From contig CM074524.1 in the NCBI GenBank assembly GCA_037379345.1, forward strand, positions 21,386,750 to 21,450,749: DNA of 64,000 bases, written 5' to 3'. The first letter of the stretch is position 1; each line of letters opens with the position of its first letter. Below, one piece after another: positions 1 through 13,800 of this stretch. This DNA comes from Perna viridis (Eukaryota). The notes below the pieces were generated by a model. It saw only the letters and a program-made list of their open reading frames with translations, did not search any database and was not told where the DNA came from. The position numbers and the translations under genes are program-made.

Positions 1-779
1 CGTTTTTGTTGTTCCCGATATTATTTTATTCAACATTTCATCTCGTTTGTTCCTTTTGAAATATTGCTTTTTATCAATAAAGTGATAGAAGCATTTTTAC
101 CTTAAAAGTAATATTTGTATACCTTCTGTGTTAACAACTATATATTACATGCTTCGCTGAGTGCAGTTTGGTACGACTACAGATCTCAAGCCCCGAATAT
201 ATGGGATAAATATGGACACAGCAGCTAAACTAATCAATATTATAAAAGATATCAATCCCTGCCTTTCTTTTGTTGGATAGTGCCTTGTGGTATATTTTTA
301 TAGCACATTGTATAAATATCAAGAATGAAATGCTTCGTTGGAGTCGTAACCCTGATAAGTATTGACAAGTATTGACACACCATTCAGGCTTGATACAACT
401 CTAAATTAGGATTGTATTTTTTTATTGCGACTAGAATGACAGTGGCCAAAGAACTTTTAAATTTGAATTAGACAAAAGAAACAAGTTTTTATACAAAATT
501 GAAGAAATTAGGCAGCAACCATTTGATTCTCGTGGAGGGCTGTATATATGGAATTTTTTTCAGAGCCAATAAAAAACAAATAATTGTTTTCACACCCAAT
601 TGAAAACAATTTTTTTGTCGTCTCACTGCTGCATAATACCTTTCACATAGGCACCAGTGATTAGTCATATTATTTTTTCACATTAACCGGAAACAAACTT
701 TTTTCCCCAAAAAAAATCAATACCCCACCCCCAGCAATTCAAATGGTTGCTGGGGGTATTTATATTTGAGCTGCTTTTT

Positions 780-2190
780 GGTTAAATTCGGGGTCAAAAC
801 GCTGTTTATCTATCACAACCTTTTTTGTATTATGAAACTTTGTAGTATGGTTTCATAGAGATCAATACAATTTTACCAAATTTCGTACACAAAAATAGGA
901 AAATGTTAGCTTTTAGCTTCATTTTCCCCCTAATTCCTAAATGGTACAAGTCAAAGCATATTAAATAATAATTTCATGCCTTGCTTTGTGGTTTGCCACC
1001 TTGATCTGCAATTACAAAGACACCAATACCAATTTATTAAAACAAAGTACATGTATAGACATTAATTAGCAAAGTGCGTGTTTCTGGTCGCTAATTCCCC
1101 ACGGGTTCAAGTCACAACCCCAAATTCCATTCCAAGCATTCCTTTGTTGATATGGTATCTATAGTGGTACATTGTCATGGATATCAGAAACAAAGGCGCA
1201 GCTTGAAACAGCAGCAGAGGGTGAAACCCTGAACAGTATGGGCGAGTCTTGAAGTCTTGACACATCATTCATTTATATAGCTCTGAATTTGGATTGAAAT
1301 TAAATTTTTGACCAATATGGATTAGACTGATTTAAATGGGCCACTTTTTTCTTCATTTCATAACAGTTCAAGTAACAACCCAAAATATCAATCCTAGTTT
1401 CTTTTTTATCGTATGGCAACTTGTGGTAAAGTTCTTAAGAGGTCAGTTTACTGTGTACACAACCAATTGTCCGGAAATCAGTGAAATACCTTTTTGTCTT
1501 TAATTCTTAAACGATTCATGTTACGACCCCAAAACCAATTATAGTCTCACTTTTTTCATATGGCACCTTTTCATATAAATTCATAAAGTTTTATAGACTT
1601 TAACTCAAGCTATTGTCTGGACATCAAGAAAATTCTGGTTTCGGTCCCTTAATTCCTAATAAGTTCAAGTCAAAACCTAAAAATCAAATTAGAGCCTTCC
1701 TTTCGTGAAATGGCTCCTTGTAATAAAATTTCATAGAGATCCATTCACTTCAGTGACACGATAATTGTTAATCAACTGCTTCCAGAAGTGTAATCATAGA
1801 TTTAATTTGGTTGTAAATTTAGTAAAGTACAATGTAATTGTAATTCGATCACTTACTCTGAATTTATCAAAACAATCTCTGAATCAATTATACTCAAGCT
1901 ACTGTTAGAACAAGATAATGCATACAGAATTATACCATTTAATTACCATACATTTTTCTGGCCCCTTATTCCTAAACTATTAAAAGTCTTAATCCCAAAA
2001 ATCACTACAAGCATTCCTTGGGTCGCATGGCACCATGTTTAACAATTTCAAAGATGTCTATACACATTCACTCAACTTGCTGTCTGTACATCAGCAAAAT
2101 GCTTACTTCTGACCCGCTCCCAGCTTTTCATTGATGGTTAGGTATCATATGGTACACTAGTTCTCTAGTTTGGAAACCAAGATAAACTAA
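780..2190. repeat. Helentron-associated (pearl/HINE-like) element with diverged ~155-bp internal tandem units
   Basis: Recurrent CCCTTAATTCCTAAA / AAAATCAATC / TTTCATAGAGATC blocks; 1192-1270 matches the reverse complement of 35985-36055; family name from recall. Confidence 0.6.
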
Positions 2191-3291
2191 ACAATAGCAA
2201 CAGTGCTATATGTAACTGCAAATACTGTAAAAGTATTAACTTTTGCTGTGTATTAATTTTCGCTATTTTTGCGGTGGACACAAAAGCGTGAAAATTGTAC
2301 CTGCTACATTGAGTTCTAACACTATAGAAGGCTTATCATTTTTTGAAACAAAGAAAATTGATACCTGTGAATATGTTCATATGAAAGAATCTGCAAAAAT
2401 TAATATGGTATTAGTAAAATTAGTAATTTGCTGTTGTATAAAGAATTATTTCATAGCAGGGTTGATGTTTTTCTTTTTAAATGATAAGATTTATATTTAA
2501 GTTCACAATTTTTCTGGTCTTGCAGTTTGACCAAAACCAGAAATGAAAATTCTATTTTCAAAAACTGTTCATTCCTGCTTTTGAATATAAATCCTCAGTC
2601 TTTAACAAACTGACTCAAATTGAAATTTCTTGACATTTTATTTGATCCACACAATAGTCAGCATATTTGTTTTTTTTTTCACTAGAACAAGAACATTTTG
2701 GTGGTAAATATTTAAGAATACATACTATTATTATACATCCCTTTTGAAAAGCAGCTTCAATTCTATCTATACTTTTGTTTGTATATAAACTGTGTACTGG
2801 TAATGATGTGGGGAGTAACCTATGAACCAGTGACATCAATATTGAAATCAGACACTAAGTGACTTTTTTAGAGCACTTTTTAATTACTGTGCATTGCATT
2901 GCTTATAATTGCAAAAATTGGTAATTGAAAAACACAGGCAAGTTTCTGTCTATAAACTTGTACATCTATATGTATGTAAGAAAAAAAATTACATATTGTA
3001 AATTCAGAAATTATTGTAATGTTTGTATTGCAATTAACCCCGACTTGCATTATAGAACAACATGCATTACTAATAAGCAGGATTTTACTCAACCTCACAA
3101 AAATCAACAATGAATGTTTGCACTACATTGTCAAAATCACAATAAAATAATGTAATATGCAATAATTTCTGAATTTACAGAATATCACCATCTTCATTCT
3201 CTGTACACCAGATTCTTTAACAATAATATAAGAATTAGTTACATTATTTTGAAGTCAAATACAGTACTATAAATACATAGTGGTAAAAAGC

Positions 3292-3480
3292 AAAATCATT
3301 CTCCACAATGTCATTCCTCAATGTATAGTAAAGTCATTCTCCACAAGGTCATTCCTCAATGTATAGCAAAGTCATTCTCCACAAGGTCATTCCTCAATGT
3401 ATAGCAAAGTCATTCTCCACAAGGTCATTCCTCAATGTACAGCAAAGTCATTCTCCACAAGGTCATTCCTCAATGTATAA
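3292..3480. repeat. Minisatellite, 38 bp x 5
   Basis: GTCATTCTCCACAAGGTCATTCCTCAATGTATAGCAAA. Confidence 0.95.
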
Positions 3481-3716
3481 AGTATACCAATAATCAACAA
3501 AAAACAACAACATAGCATACAAACTTGATGATGGAAAACAGAAGATCAAATGTAATTAAATGCAAATCTATGCAAGAACCTGGCTAAGTTTATATATACC
3601 TTAAGCATGCACATAAAATTAATTAAATCCAGTAATACATATTGATTCTCCTATTTTAATTTGTCTCCACTCAAGATGGTAAAATCTTGATTTACCATGG
3701 AGAGCGAAGAAATAAT

Positions 3717-3935
3717 TTAAGGAGGTAGACCTAAGGTAAGGGACACAACTCATACAAAATCAATGGAATTTTTGTATTCACCATTTTACATCAATCTCAT
3801 GTAAGCATCAAAGTAACTTGAACTGACTTCATTCTGTATGAAATGAAAGCTTGATAGAATTTGGTTTAATTGAATATGATACAAACATATCACCAATTTC
3901 AAGTTATGTCCCTCATCCTAGTTCTACCCCCTTAA
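3717..3935. mobile_element. TTAA-flanked MITE family D, Kolobok-like (other copies 33506-33717, ~54051-54189)
   Basis: TTAA-GGAGGTAGACCTAAGGTAAGGGACA...TGTCCCTCATCCTAGTTCTACCCCC-TTAA. Confidence 0.8.
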
Positions 3936-5414
3936 ATCAATACCTCTAGGACGATCAGTTTCTTCTATGAAATCTGTATATATAAAGTTTGAAAATGTTA
4001 ATTGGCTAGACACCTTTCACAGAAATTTAATCACCACATGGTGGTTTAAACAATCACATGCATACAAAATCACTAAGAGTGGCAAAACTTAGGACAAATA
4101 CTCAAAATTTTTTTCCGGGACTAGAATTGATTGCCATTTTATCTCTGTGCATAAAAGACTACATAGATGCTACTTATTTTTAAGTATTACTTTTCATGGT
4201 GTATCGGAAATTAGTTCTTTCAATTAGTTTTGAATTTGTCAGTAAAGCCAAAATTTTTTTCAATGGGGATTTAAAATGTTGTTGACGAAAGTTGGACCAA
4301 ATCATAAAATCCATCAAATATTAATCCCAAACCTACATCAGTTCTTCAACAATTTCTTTTTTCTGTCCATACTTGATTCTTACAAAGACTAGCACTGAAA
4401 ACAATGAATGTAAAAACAAGAATAAAAATGAAAAGTCAATATCAAATACAGGTATTACATGAACATGTATTGCACTTTATATAAAAAAGCAGAAATGCAT
4501 GTTAACATGTAGCTATTTGTGCAGCTCATTCCAAAAAAATGTTGTTACATTGTTGTCATGGTTACCTGATGACGTCTGCTGTACTTATAAACACTTTTAT
4601 ATATTTATTTACAAAAACTTTGGTATTTGAGTTGTCAACTCATGCAGTCAATATAAAATTAAAACAGGTTAAATATCATTACATAACTATCCTTTTATGT
4701 ATGAAGTATTAATAAATATATAATGAACAAATGGAGTGAAAAATAAAAATCAACCATTTAGGCAGACACATGAAATCTTCTTCTGAATATTTCTATTAGT
4801 TTTCGATTGAACTACAAATACATATAAGTTACAAACTGTTAACTGGCTTTATCGAAGGAAAAGTTGTGGCTGAGCATTCAAGATGCATTTAGAAAAGTAG
4901 GTAAAACATTCAAAAACGTACAGAGTCTAAATGGGATTGTACATCGGTGAATGTTATGGATTGAAATGTATTTTAATCTTTCTCTTTTTTTATTTGTATT
5001 TAATTGCAGTGAGATATATGTAATGTGACTGTAACATTCATTTTTTTTATATTATTAATATATATTACACGAGTGTAGAATGATTGTGCCCATGAAAATT
5101 TGAATACATAAAATTCTGTGTTTTTTTACACTGTCTGGTAGAAAATTTTGCAGTTTTTGTAAAAATGGGTGTTTCATTCCATATCACAAAAGGAAGAAAA
5201 ACTTAATTTTTAATTTAAATTATTAGTGTGGTGTCCTAAACAGACATCTATTGCAAAAATGTTCAAAATTCAATCTCTATGTAAATAAGTACTTACAAGG
5301 TACATTGAACAACATCATAAATGTATTTAATGTTGCAGGATACATTTGAAGGATTATACATAACTCAACTAAAAAGATCCATGAAATTATAAAGCATGCT
5401 TCAAAAGAATCTAA

Positions 5415-5607
5415 TTTGTCTTCAATGATCCAACCAATCATTAAATAAGTTACAAAATAGTATAATTTGTCTTCAATGATCCAACCAATCATTAAACATG
5501 TTACAAGAACTCCAAACTTGCCTTCAATGATCCAACCAATCATTAAACAAGTTACAAAACAGTCTACTTTGTCTTTAGTGACCCAACCAATCATTAAGCA
5601 TGTTACA
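5415..5607. repeat. Minisatellite, 51 bp x ~4
   Basis: Core CTTCAATGATCCAACCAATCATTAAA. Confidence 0.9.
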
Positions 5608-6013
5608 ACTCAAACAAACCTAATATTATAAACCTAAATGATTACAATTGCAATTTTTTATCGAAAATAAGTGAACTAGTTTGTTGCAAAGTTTATAGAT
5701 ATACAAAGATACATTTAAATTGACAGTATATTTAATAAAAGTTATTTAACAAACATTTAAGAAAGACATTTTAAGGTAGATTTATCACAAATTTAAATAA
5801 TAAATAATATCTTCAGAGTAGTTACCCAACAAACAGCTGGCAAACACATTTCATAATGTATATAAGGATCTACACATGTAGGGACTTGAAAAAATATCTC
5901 AAAAGCTACAAGTAAATTCTGGGTATTACACGTAATTTGAAATTTGTGTAGAGTGTTTATTTTGGCATGTTTTAGCAGTGTGTCTGATAATGCTAATAAA
6001 AAATTTTGTGAAA

Positions 6014-6987
6014 TACAGTAGTCCCTCTCTGAAATGGCCCCCCTGACAAACAGCCACCTATCTTATGATCACATTTCAATAGCATTAACAACTTATAGTG
6101 CAAATTGACCCCAGCGGCCACAACTTTAGCTTTAGCCTCTCATATCCGACAATGTTCATCGTCGGTATAGAAACTGTAGGTGTCAGCAGAGATCACGTTG
6201 AGCATTGAAATTGTAAACATGTCAAGGGTGGGCATCGAAGTGTGAAATTAATCTGATGAATCGGTCATAATTACGACTGGTAATTAATAATATAAATTAT
6301 TTCAAATTACAAACAAGAGTTGTGAACTTTTTAATCTGTTTGCAATTAGCCATTTAGGTCAGAGCTTTAATTGATTTAAGTTAACCCCATGTACGCATGT
6401 GTCACGACATACCGTAAGTGGGCATAAATTTGCATATTAAAGCACCAATATAAAGTTGGGTATTCCGATCAGCATAGATTTAATAGAACAAAGTCATATT
6501 CATTTGTTAAATAGATAGCGGCATGGATCAATTATTTTGTCCATCAATCACCGGTTTGATTGACAGCTTTTTATCCCCAAATTACGAATAAATATAATCA
6601 AATAATTTACTACACAAGCTCGTCAGGAAAACATTGGGTTATAAAGCTCAAGGGTCTACAAAACAAATGTCTGAAGTGACAACTTGCAGTAAAAAAATCT
6701 TTTAGTCCGAAAAATATGGTAAATAAACAAAAATTTACTCAATAGGTCATGGCCACTTTACTTTGAAAAATACATTACATATACACAACAAATATGGAAT
6801 AAAACAGTATATAATTTGTGTACAAGCACATAACAATGTTCACTGTACATGTAACATAAGCGAACAAACATATACATTGTACAATGAAATGCAGAATTTG
6901 GCCTAACCTCTCAAGAGAGGCCACCCCTCTTATGTGGCCAGTTTTGAATTGCAGTATGGGTGGCAACATAAGAAAGGGACTACTGTA
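6014..6987. mobile_element. TA-flanked MITE split by a ~780-bp insertion
   Basis: TA-CAGTAGTCCCT...AGGGACTACTG-TA. Confidence 0.7.
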
Positions 6988-7238
6988 TGTACTTTGAGCT
7001 TTCAATACAAAGAGCACAACTTAGCACCCATCAAAATTAGAATCTGCAAAATTTTTCCTATACCTTTTTTCATCAAAATTGCCAAACTTTACACCCTCCA
7101 AAATAAACACTGTTATGTCAAGCACAATAGTTAATAACATTATCTTTTACTTAAATAATCAAAGCCTGGATCTAAGGCCTACCTAAACACTTCAACTGCT
7201 ATTCTATTACAAGCATGTCCATAGTAAAAAAAATATTA

Positions 7239-7817
7239 TTAGAAACCAGTATCACAAGTTTCCATAGCAACTAATCCATAATATGAATCAGTCTCATCAC
7301 ACATTTGTAAGACATTATGGATTTCTGAGATTTTGACTTCTTCACTTCCATCACTAATCCCAGACCTAACTAGATCTGAGTCTGGAATATCAACACTCTT
7401 GCTTCTTCTAGATGCTAATTTTCGTTTTTTCTCCTTGACAATTGCTGTTTTGGCAGTAACCACATTGTCCTTGACACTGACCTCTTTCCCTTCTTCCTTG
7501 TCCCACTTAACAGGAAGTTTACCCAAAATTTTAACAAAGCATCCCTGAGTATCAACCGCTATATTTACTTTATCATTTTTAGTCATTTCCTCTGTGTCAT
7601 CTGTATTTTCTTCAGTTTGATTTACACTGCCATCTACTTCCTGTTTGCCAACTTCCCCTGATTTATTTGTTGTTTTGACATGGAGAACAACCAAGTCATT
7701 CTCCATGGTTACTTCTGCTGTTGTTACATTGTTGTCATGGTTACCTGATGTCGTCTGCTGTTCCTGTGACTTGTATTGGACTACTTCTACTGGCTTCTGG
7801 TCCACTTCTGAGTGCAC
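7239..7817 (-). CDS. RNF217: RNF217-like terminal coding exon (acidic, low complexity)
   Basis: cttcag|GTG in phase 0; 192-codon open frame to TAA. Confidence 0.75.
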   Translation of the reverse strand: MHSEVDQKPVEVVQYKSQEQQTTSGNHDNNVTTAEVTMENDLVVLHVKTTNKSGEVGKQEVDGSVNQTEENTDDTEEMTKNDKVNIAVDTQGCFVKILGKLPVKWDKEEGKEVSVKDNVVTAKTAIVKEKKRKLASRRSKSVDIPDSDLVRSGISDGSEEVKISEIHNVLQMCDETDSYYGLVAMETCDTGF

Positions 7818-10800
7818 CTGAAGAGTAGATAAAAAATGTAGTTATGAGGTCAACAAGAGACAAATTGGCAAAATTAAACGTAAAATTAAATGTAAAAACT
7901 TAGCACGTCCTTATTTAACAATTTTATTTCAGAAGTAACAGGCTTTCTGATTGGATGAAAACTTTTGTCCATCATCTCATAAACCAAATTTTGTAATACA
8001 ACTGTGACGATATCAACCTTTCGATATTAAAATTGAATTATAAGGAATGACTGATATTTTTTTCTGTCCATTTGATGTAACTCCAATGCCCATGCTGCAC
8101 CCTTGAAAATAACCTGCTACACAGGTTATTTAGTGATTGAGATTATTTCTTCATGGACCGAAAAAAAATATAACAGTCATTCCTTAAATGTATTTCCCTC
8201 TAAATATTGATTTGTGCCTTTTGATTGGTTAGGGGATCTGCTTTGGTGAAAATGTCTTTTATACAATGAAAGCATTGGCTATCATTTTTGTAAAAGCTTT
8301 GTGAAATACACTTGCTAGTATGCACTATGCTATGCACTGAAAGAACACCAAAAGGTTCTATTATGAATCAATTTGAAATAACACTGAAAAAGCAGAAATT
8401 TTGTTGGGGATTTAATTTTGTTTTATTTCATGGGTAGAAAAAATCTTAATTCAAATGCACTTATATGTATATCAAATCAATAATCAATAATCCTAAGTAT
8501 TCCCTCAAAACATGCAGCCATAATTTACTTCACCTATGTATGCGGTAGAATGTGTAATACACAAAAACAGGAGTGCCAAGCTGTCCTTCAACCCTTTGTC
8601 ATTTAATTAGTAGAAGATAAAAGATAATTTACAAAGGTGAAAACAATTATAACTAATCCTTTAATCCACTTGATTAACAGTTTAGTAATTGATGTCAAAA
8701 CTTTCATAAATTAGCTTGGCATATTCAAAATATAGTTTTTATTAACTGTGGCAGTGTCAGTGCCAATGTCAGTTTTAGTGAAACCCTTGAATTACTGGAA
8801 ACAAAAGGAAACGTTAATATCTGAGATGAAAGGAACAAACATCATTATTATTTTAATTAATAAATGGCTATCAAAAAAGTGGTATCAGCAAACAAAATTT
8901 AATTCCAAAGATTCTCATATATGCCTTGCCGAGATGGAGTAGGAACTGTGCAGTTTATACAAAAGAACATGCCAAATCAGAGAGCTTGAATCAGAAGTAT
9001 ATTACCATTAAAAAAATAATTAAAAAAATCCACGAAAATTTGTCACAAGAAATCAGTTTCAAACACAAAACCATAAAATTTTATCCTCACAAAAAGAAAT
9101 AAATAAGTATTGAGATTGATAGCAGACAAAATACTGAAGCAATAATTTACATATATGAACTAAAATCATTCATACCAAAAATGATTCAACTCATGCAAAT
9201 ATACTATCAGCATACCTAAATACACAGGAAAAAGTATCACACGTTTCATGCATGTTGATAAAAAATATATGTGAAACACATGTATTGCACATGATAAAAT
9301 CATTACTTCAAACACAAAAAACAGGACATATGTTTAACATGTTTCTCACATATTTTACATTTGTAGAAAATGTGAATGAAACTATCCAGTATGAACTAAA
9401 CACAGCTCAGAGTCACCTACTAGGCCTTTCATAGGTAATATGTTGGTTTGAAAAGGAAGGACATAAAAATGAAAACAATTATTTGATATGGCCTTACTGA
9501 CCCAAACTTTAACCTCTGTAGATTCATGTTCACTGGATGAAGCACTCTCAGTTGATGTCATTGTGTCACTATTATACGGCTGACTTGTAATACTATCATC
9601 ATATTTCAGTACACTTTTAGGGAACTCTGCTGTCCCAGCTGGAAATATAGGTAAGATAACACTGTTTAATGCCCGACTTGTTACACTATCGTCATATTTC
9701 AGTACACCATTGGGAACACTGATGTCCCAACTGGAAATATAATTAAGTTAACACTTTTTAATGCAAAGATTTCTTTGATGAATGGAACCAAGAGGTCAGA
9801 AGGTGAATTTGAAACCATAAATGAGCAATAAACATTGTTTTATGGTTCTTCATTTGTTTCATAAAAAGTGAAAAAAACACATACTGTGAAAGTACTATTG
9901 TTCGTGGGAGACCAATTTTCATGGTTTTTGTGGGTAAGTCAAACCAAGAAATCTGGTTCCCAACCAATAGGAAAAATCTCATTGTATGTGTATACTGAAA
10001 ACCTCAAAAACACAAATTCAAGAATCCATGAACTTGTGTTTCTTCACTATACCACGAAAATTGGTATCCACCAATTAAAGTACTTTCACAGTAGGCAAAT
10101 ATGTCATCTTAGAAAATATTTAGATAGTCATGCATCTTTAATATCCAGTTGTATAAGATTAATTCTTAACAAGATGTCTCGTACATGTAAAAGCACATTT
10201 CATATGATATCTCATATAATGTACAGTTCATATGATATACATGTAACATAAATAATTAAAATATCTTTATGGCATGCCATATTTACATGTACATTTATTC
10301 CTCTTCAAATATATCTCTATCAAGTTAATGAAATACAGTCTTTCCAAAGGTTCATTTTTTTTTCAGGACATTCGGTCCTGTGATGACATACTATTTTCAG
10401 GCCCAAACCAAGTTTTACCGTCCATTTTGACCTGAATCAAGAATGACTAAAATCAGAAATTTTTCTGAACTTCTGGTCGGTCTGGCATTCTAAATTTTTT
10501 TATTGGTCCTGTCACATTTTTACCGGTGATATCAAATGGTCTAACAAACCTCTGGAAAGACTGGAAATACATGTACCTCATAGAGGATGAGAGATACATT
10601 TTTAAGATATCTGAAAAAGTACAATGTATATGAGATATCTTTCAAAGTAATAAATGTAAATAGGTCAAGCAATAAATTAACATAAATTTGAAACATTAAT
10701 AATGGAAAATAGTTATTATTATGTAATTTAATGGAAATTAGAATATGACACAGACGATTTCAGAGATTGGCCAGACCATACCTGTTAAGTCAGACCAAGC

Positions 10801-13800
10801 AGATATGTATATTATCTAGACTGTACATTTATACTCTGAATTCTAGTGTAGAATGTGTGTATTAAATGTTGTTTTGTTGAAAATAGTTAAGAAACATTAA
10901 AGTTACCTTTTATTATCCAACATTAAACGGATCATCTTATTTCGTTCTTAAAATGTTACACAAATGTACCAGTTTAATAGCTGATGTTTCATATTCATTC
11001 TGTCTTTTTACATGTGACATTTTATAGCCAAACACTTTTAAAGTGGGCATGATGGAAATATCATAACATGTTTAAAAAATCATAGCATTTTCAAACTTAA
11101 TTGCCTTTTGAAAAATGTACCAGTACATGTATGTCAAACATTATTCTTATTATTCAATTGCTGATACACGTTTTGAAATATCACCTCTTGCTTTCCGCAT
11201 TTCTTCCAATTTTGCCTGTGAATTCCTGTAACTTTTAAGGACCTTCTGACGTTTTCGTTTCTGGTGATATCTACCACCAAAGTAGGCTGGTACAAAGATC
11301 ATACTGCCACCTATGAAGATTGCAACAGCACTAAGAACAAGAACTCCTAATCCTATACCACCTAATATCTTAGCACCTGAAAAATATATCAATGAACAAA
11401 ATCAATTCTATCTAATATGCATTGATATATAAGCAGACATCCTAAAGTGTCAGTCCATCACTGACCATCAAACACTAGAAAAATTTCCCTATCTTTTATG
11501 ACATATTAAAAGGAAATTACTAACAGTACAGACATTGTTTTACAGAGCCAACCCAAAGGGTGGAAATTGCTGAAATTGGAAGTAAACATACAGTAAAAAA
11601 GAATCATAATGGTAAAAAAACTAAAAAGTGGAAGAAAATAATGTCTGAACAGTAGAAGATCCAGAGATTTCCAATAGGAAGGGGCATGCTGCAATGATTT
11701 CATGATTTCCTTATCTTTCTACATAATCCACCAAACATTTCAAGCATAGGCTGGTGTCTGGGTATCAGAACCCATTCCCACTCTCTCTCCCACTAAAATG
11801 GGGGGAGGGGGTCATGAAATCTTCATTTTTCACAAGTTCTATGCCTTAAAATATTTTTGCTTCACTTCATTTGGACTTTTATTATATCAAGGCCACCGCT
11901 AACCAGAAATTCTGGATCCACCCTTCAGAATAATAATGATGCCATCATATCTTTTTTCATAGAATCAAACAGAGAAATGGAAACATTAGATTTAAGGTAT
12001 CTGTACTGAAAATTTGTACATTATGGTTCATCATTACCTTTTGACAAATATGGCTTCAATTTTACCACTAATTTCCCTCTGACTACAGACAAACCTGTGT
12101 ATCAAGAAGAATTTTAAGGCATACAAAAAGTAGCAGCCCCTAGATAAGAGAAAGTTGCATTCACTTTATGTAAACTTATATCAAATACTGGCTTGACTTT
12201 TGTTTTAATTTTATTAATTCTGCAGAGAGGGTGAAAAACAACTAAGTCTGGACAATTTTTTGAGATGTTCCGTATGTATCAAATGTAAACTGTATTCACA
12301 TTGACATGCTGGTCAATAGAAGGACGCTAGCTACCTATACACAATAAGTGATTTAAACTGTGTAAATGAGTGGAACATATCAAGTGAATCTTAGGGGTTT
12401 ATTTATTTTTGATGCTCTGCAGAACTGAAAAAATCAACGGTGCAAAAGTCAAGTCAGTTTTTGATATAATTGATAAAACAATTGATGTAACTTTTTCACA
12501 TCTAAGGGATGCAATGCCTTAAAACTTTTTTGATACACATGTTTGTGTGTAGTCAGGGGGAAATTAGTGGTGAAATTGATGCCATATTTGTTGAGTTAAA
12601 AATAAACCTTAAATGAACATATATGTGTACTTACAAAGAACTCCACCTCTGACAGCCTTTCTAGCCACTGGTTTGTCTGGCAATAGATTATATTTACAAC
12701 CTAATGGACCAAACTTATCACTATGTTTTCCAATTAGCTTCATCTGTAGGTACCGATGGCCACAACGGTAACAGAAACTTGTATTACAGTTGCTACAAGT
12801 CATGTGACTACACCCACTCTTTTTCTGAATAAACACCTGTAATGTATTGCACATATATTTTACTAGTTTGAGATTTTATCAACATGTAGATTTTATAACT
12901 GTCATGTATGTACATGATTGTACGTGATTGTAAATGGTTGTACATACTGCATTTGTACTCGTATTTGGATATAACTTGTGTTAACACTTAATGATAATGA
13001 GATCAAGGAAAATTAATTTGTATGCTTGTAAAGTTTAAACCTACATTTACATTCTGTGCAAAAGTTTTTGCATGAATCCATATAATAAACTTGTATATGA
13101 AACAAATGCATAATCAATGTTGAAATGCTCTGCAAATGAATATTTTAAAGACATACAAATGCAGTCCATTCAGTGATCGATTTTAATGGGAATACACTGT
13201 ACTTGCTAAATGCACGTTGAAATTCAATTTTGCTAGTATAAATTATTTCCACTTGCTGAATTTTTGCAAGTGGAATGTTATATGTCATATAGGTTAAGTC
13301 CAGAAAAAAACCCAAAAAACATAAATTTAGCAAGTGTAAATTTTTCACAACTTGCTAATTTTAGCTAGTGGAAAAAAATCTGAAATTCAATCCCTGCCGT
13401 TCTTTCAAATTTCTCAACGACTTAAGCCTTAATAATAGAGGACTGTATGCATGTGTAGGATTCAACTAGACAAAAACAAGAAAAGTACACATCATTTCAC
13501 TGTCCCAAATCAATTTTTACTAGCCCTGGACTTCAGTCTAGTGGCTAAAGGCATATATATCCAGTGATGAAAACATTAAATAATGGTCATTTCAAACAGT
13601 GAAGACCTCTTTAAGTAAAATGTTATTGTGAGATATTTGAGTTTTTGACATGTACAAATGCCTTTATGTATGCTTCAAATTTTCATCGTTTACCGACTTG
13701 TTCAAATGTATATGTACTTAAAGGGCATAATATGTACCTGTACATATGTAACTAATATATTGATTACTGTGATTACACACATGTAAGTTTCTAAATTTTT

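Noticed and set aside
3292-3480. CRISPR-like periodicity (also at 43411-44104 and 38692-38912)
   Set aside because: Head-to-tail units with no unique spacers, no cas genes, eukaryotic context
4566-4600. Hammerhead core CTGATGA (also at 6253 and 15292)
   Set aside because: No GAAA core with flanking helices at the right spacing
5277-5594. Repetitive ORFs (also 38615-39004 and 44000-44293)
   Set aside because: Produced by minisatellite periodicity
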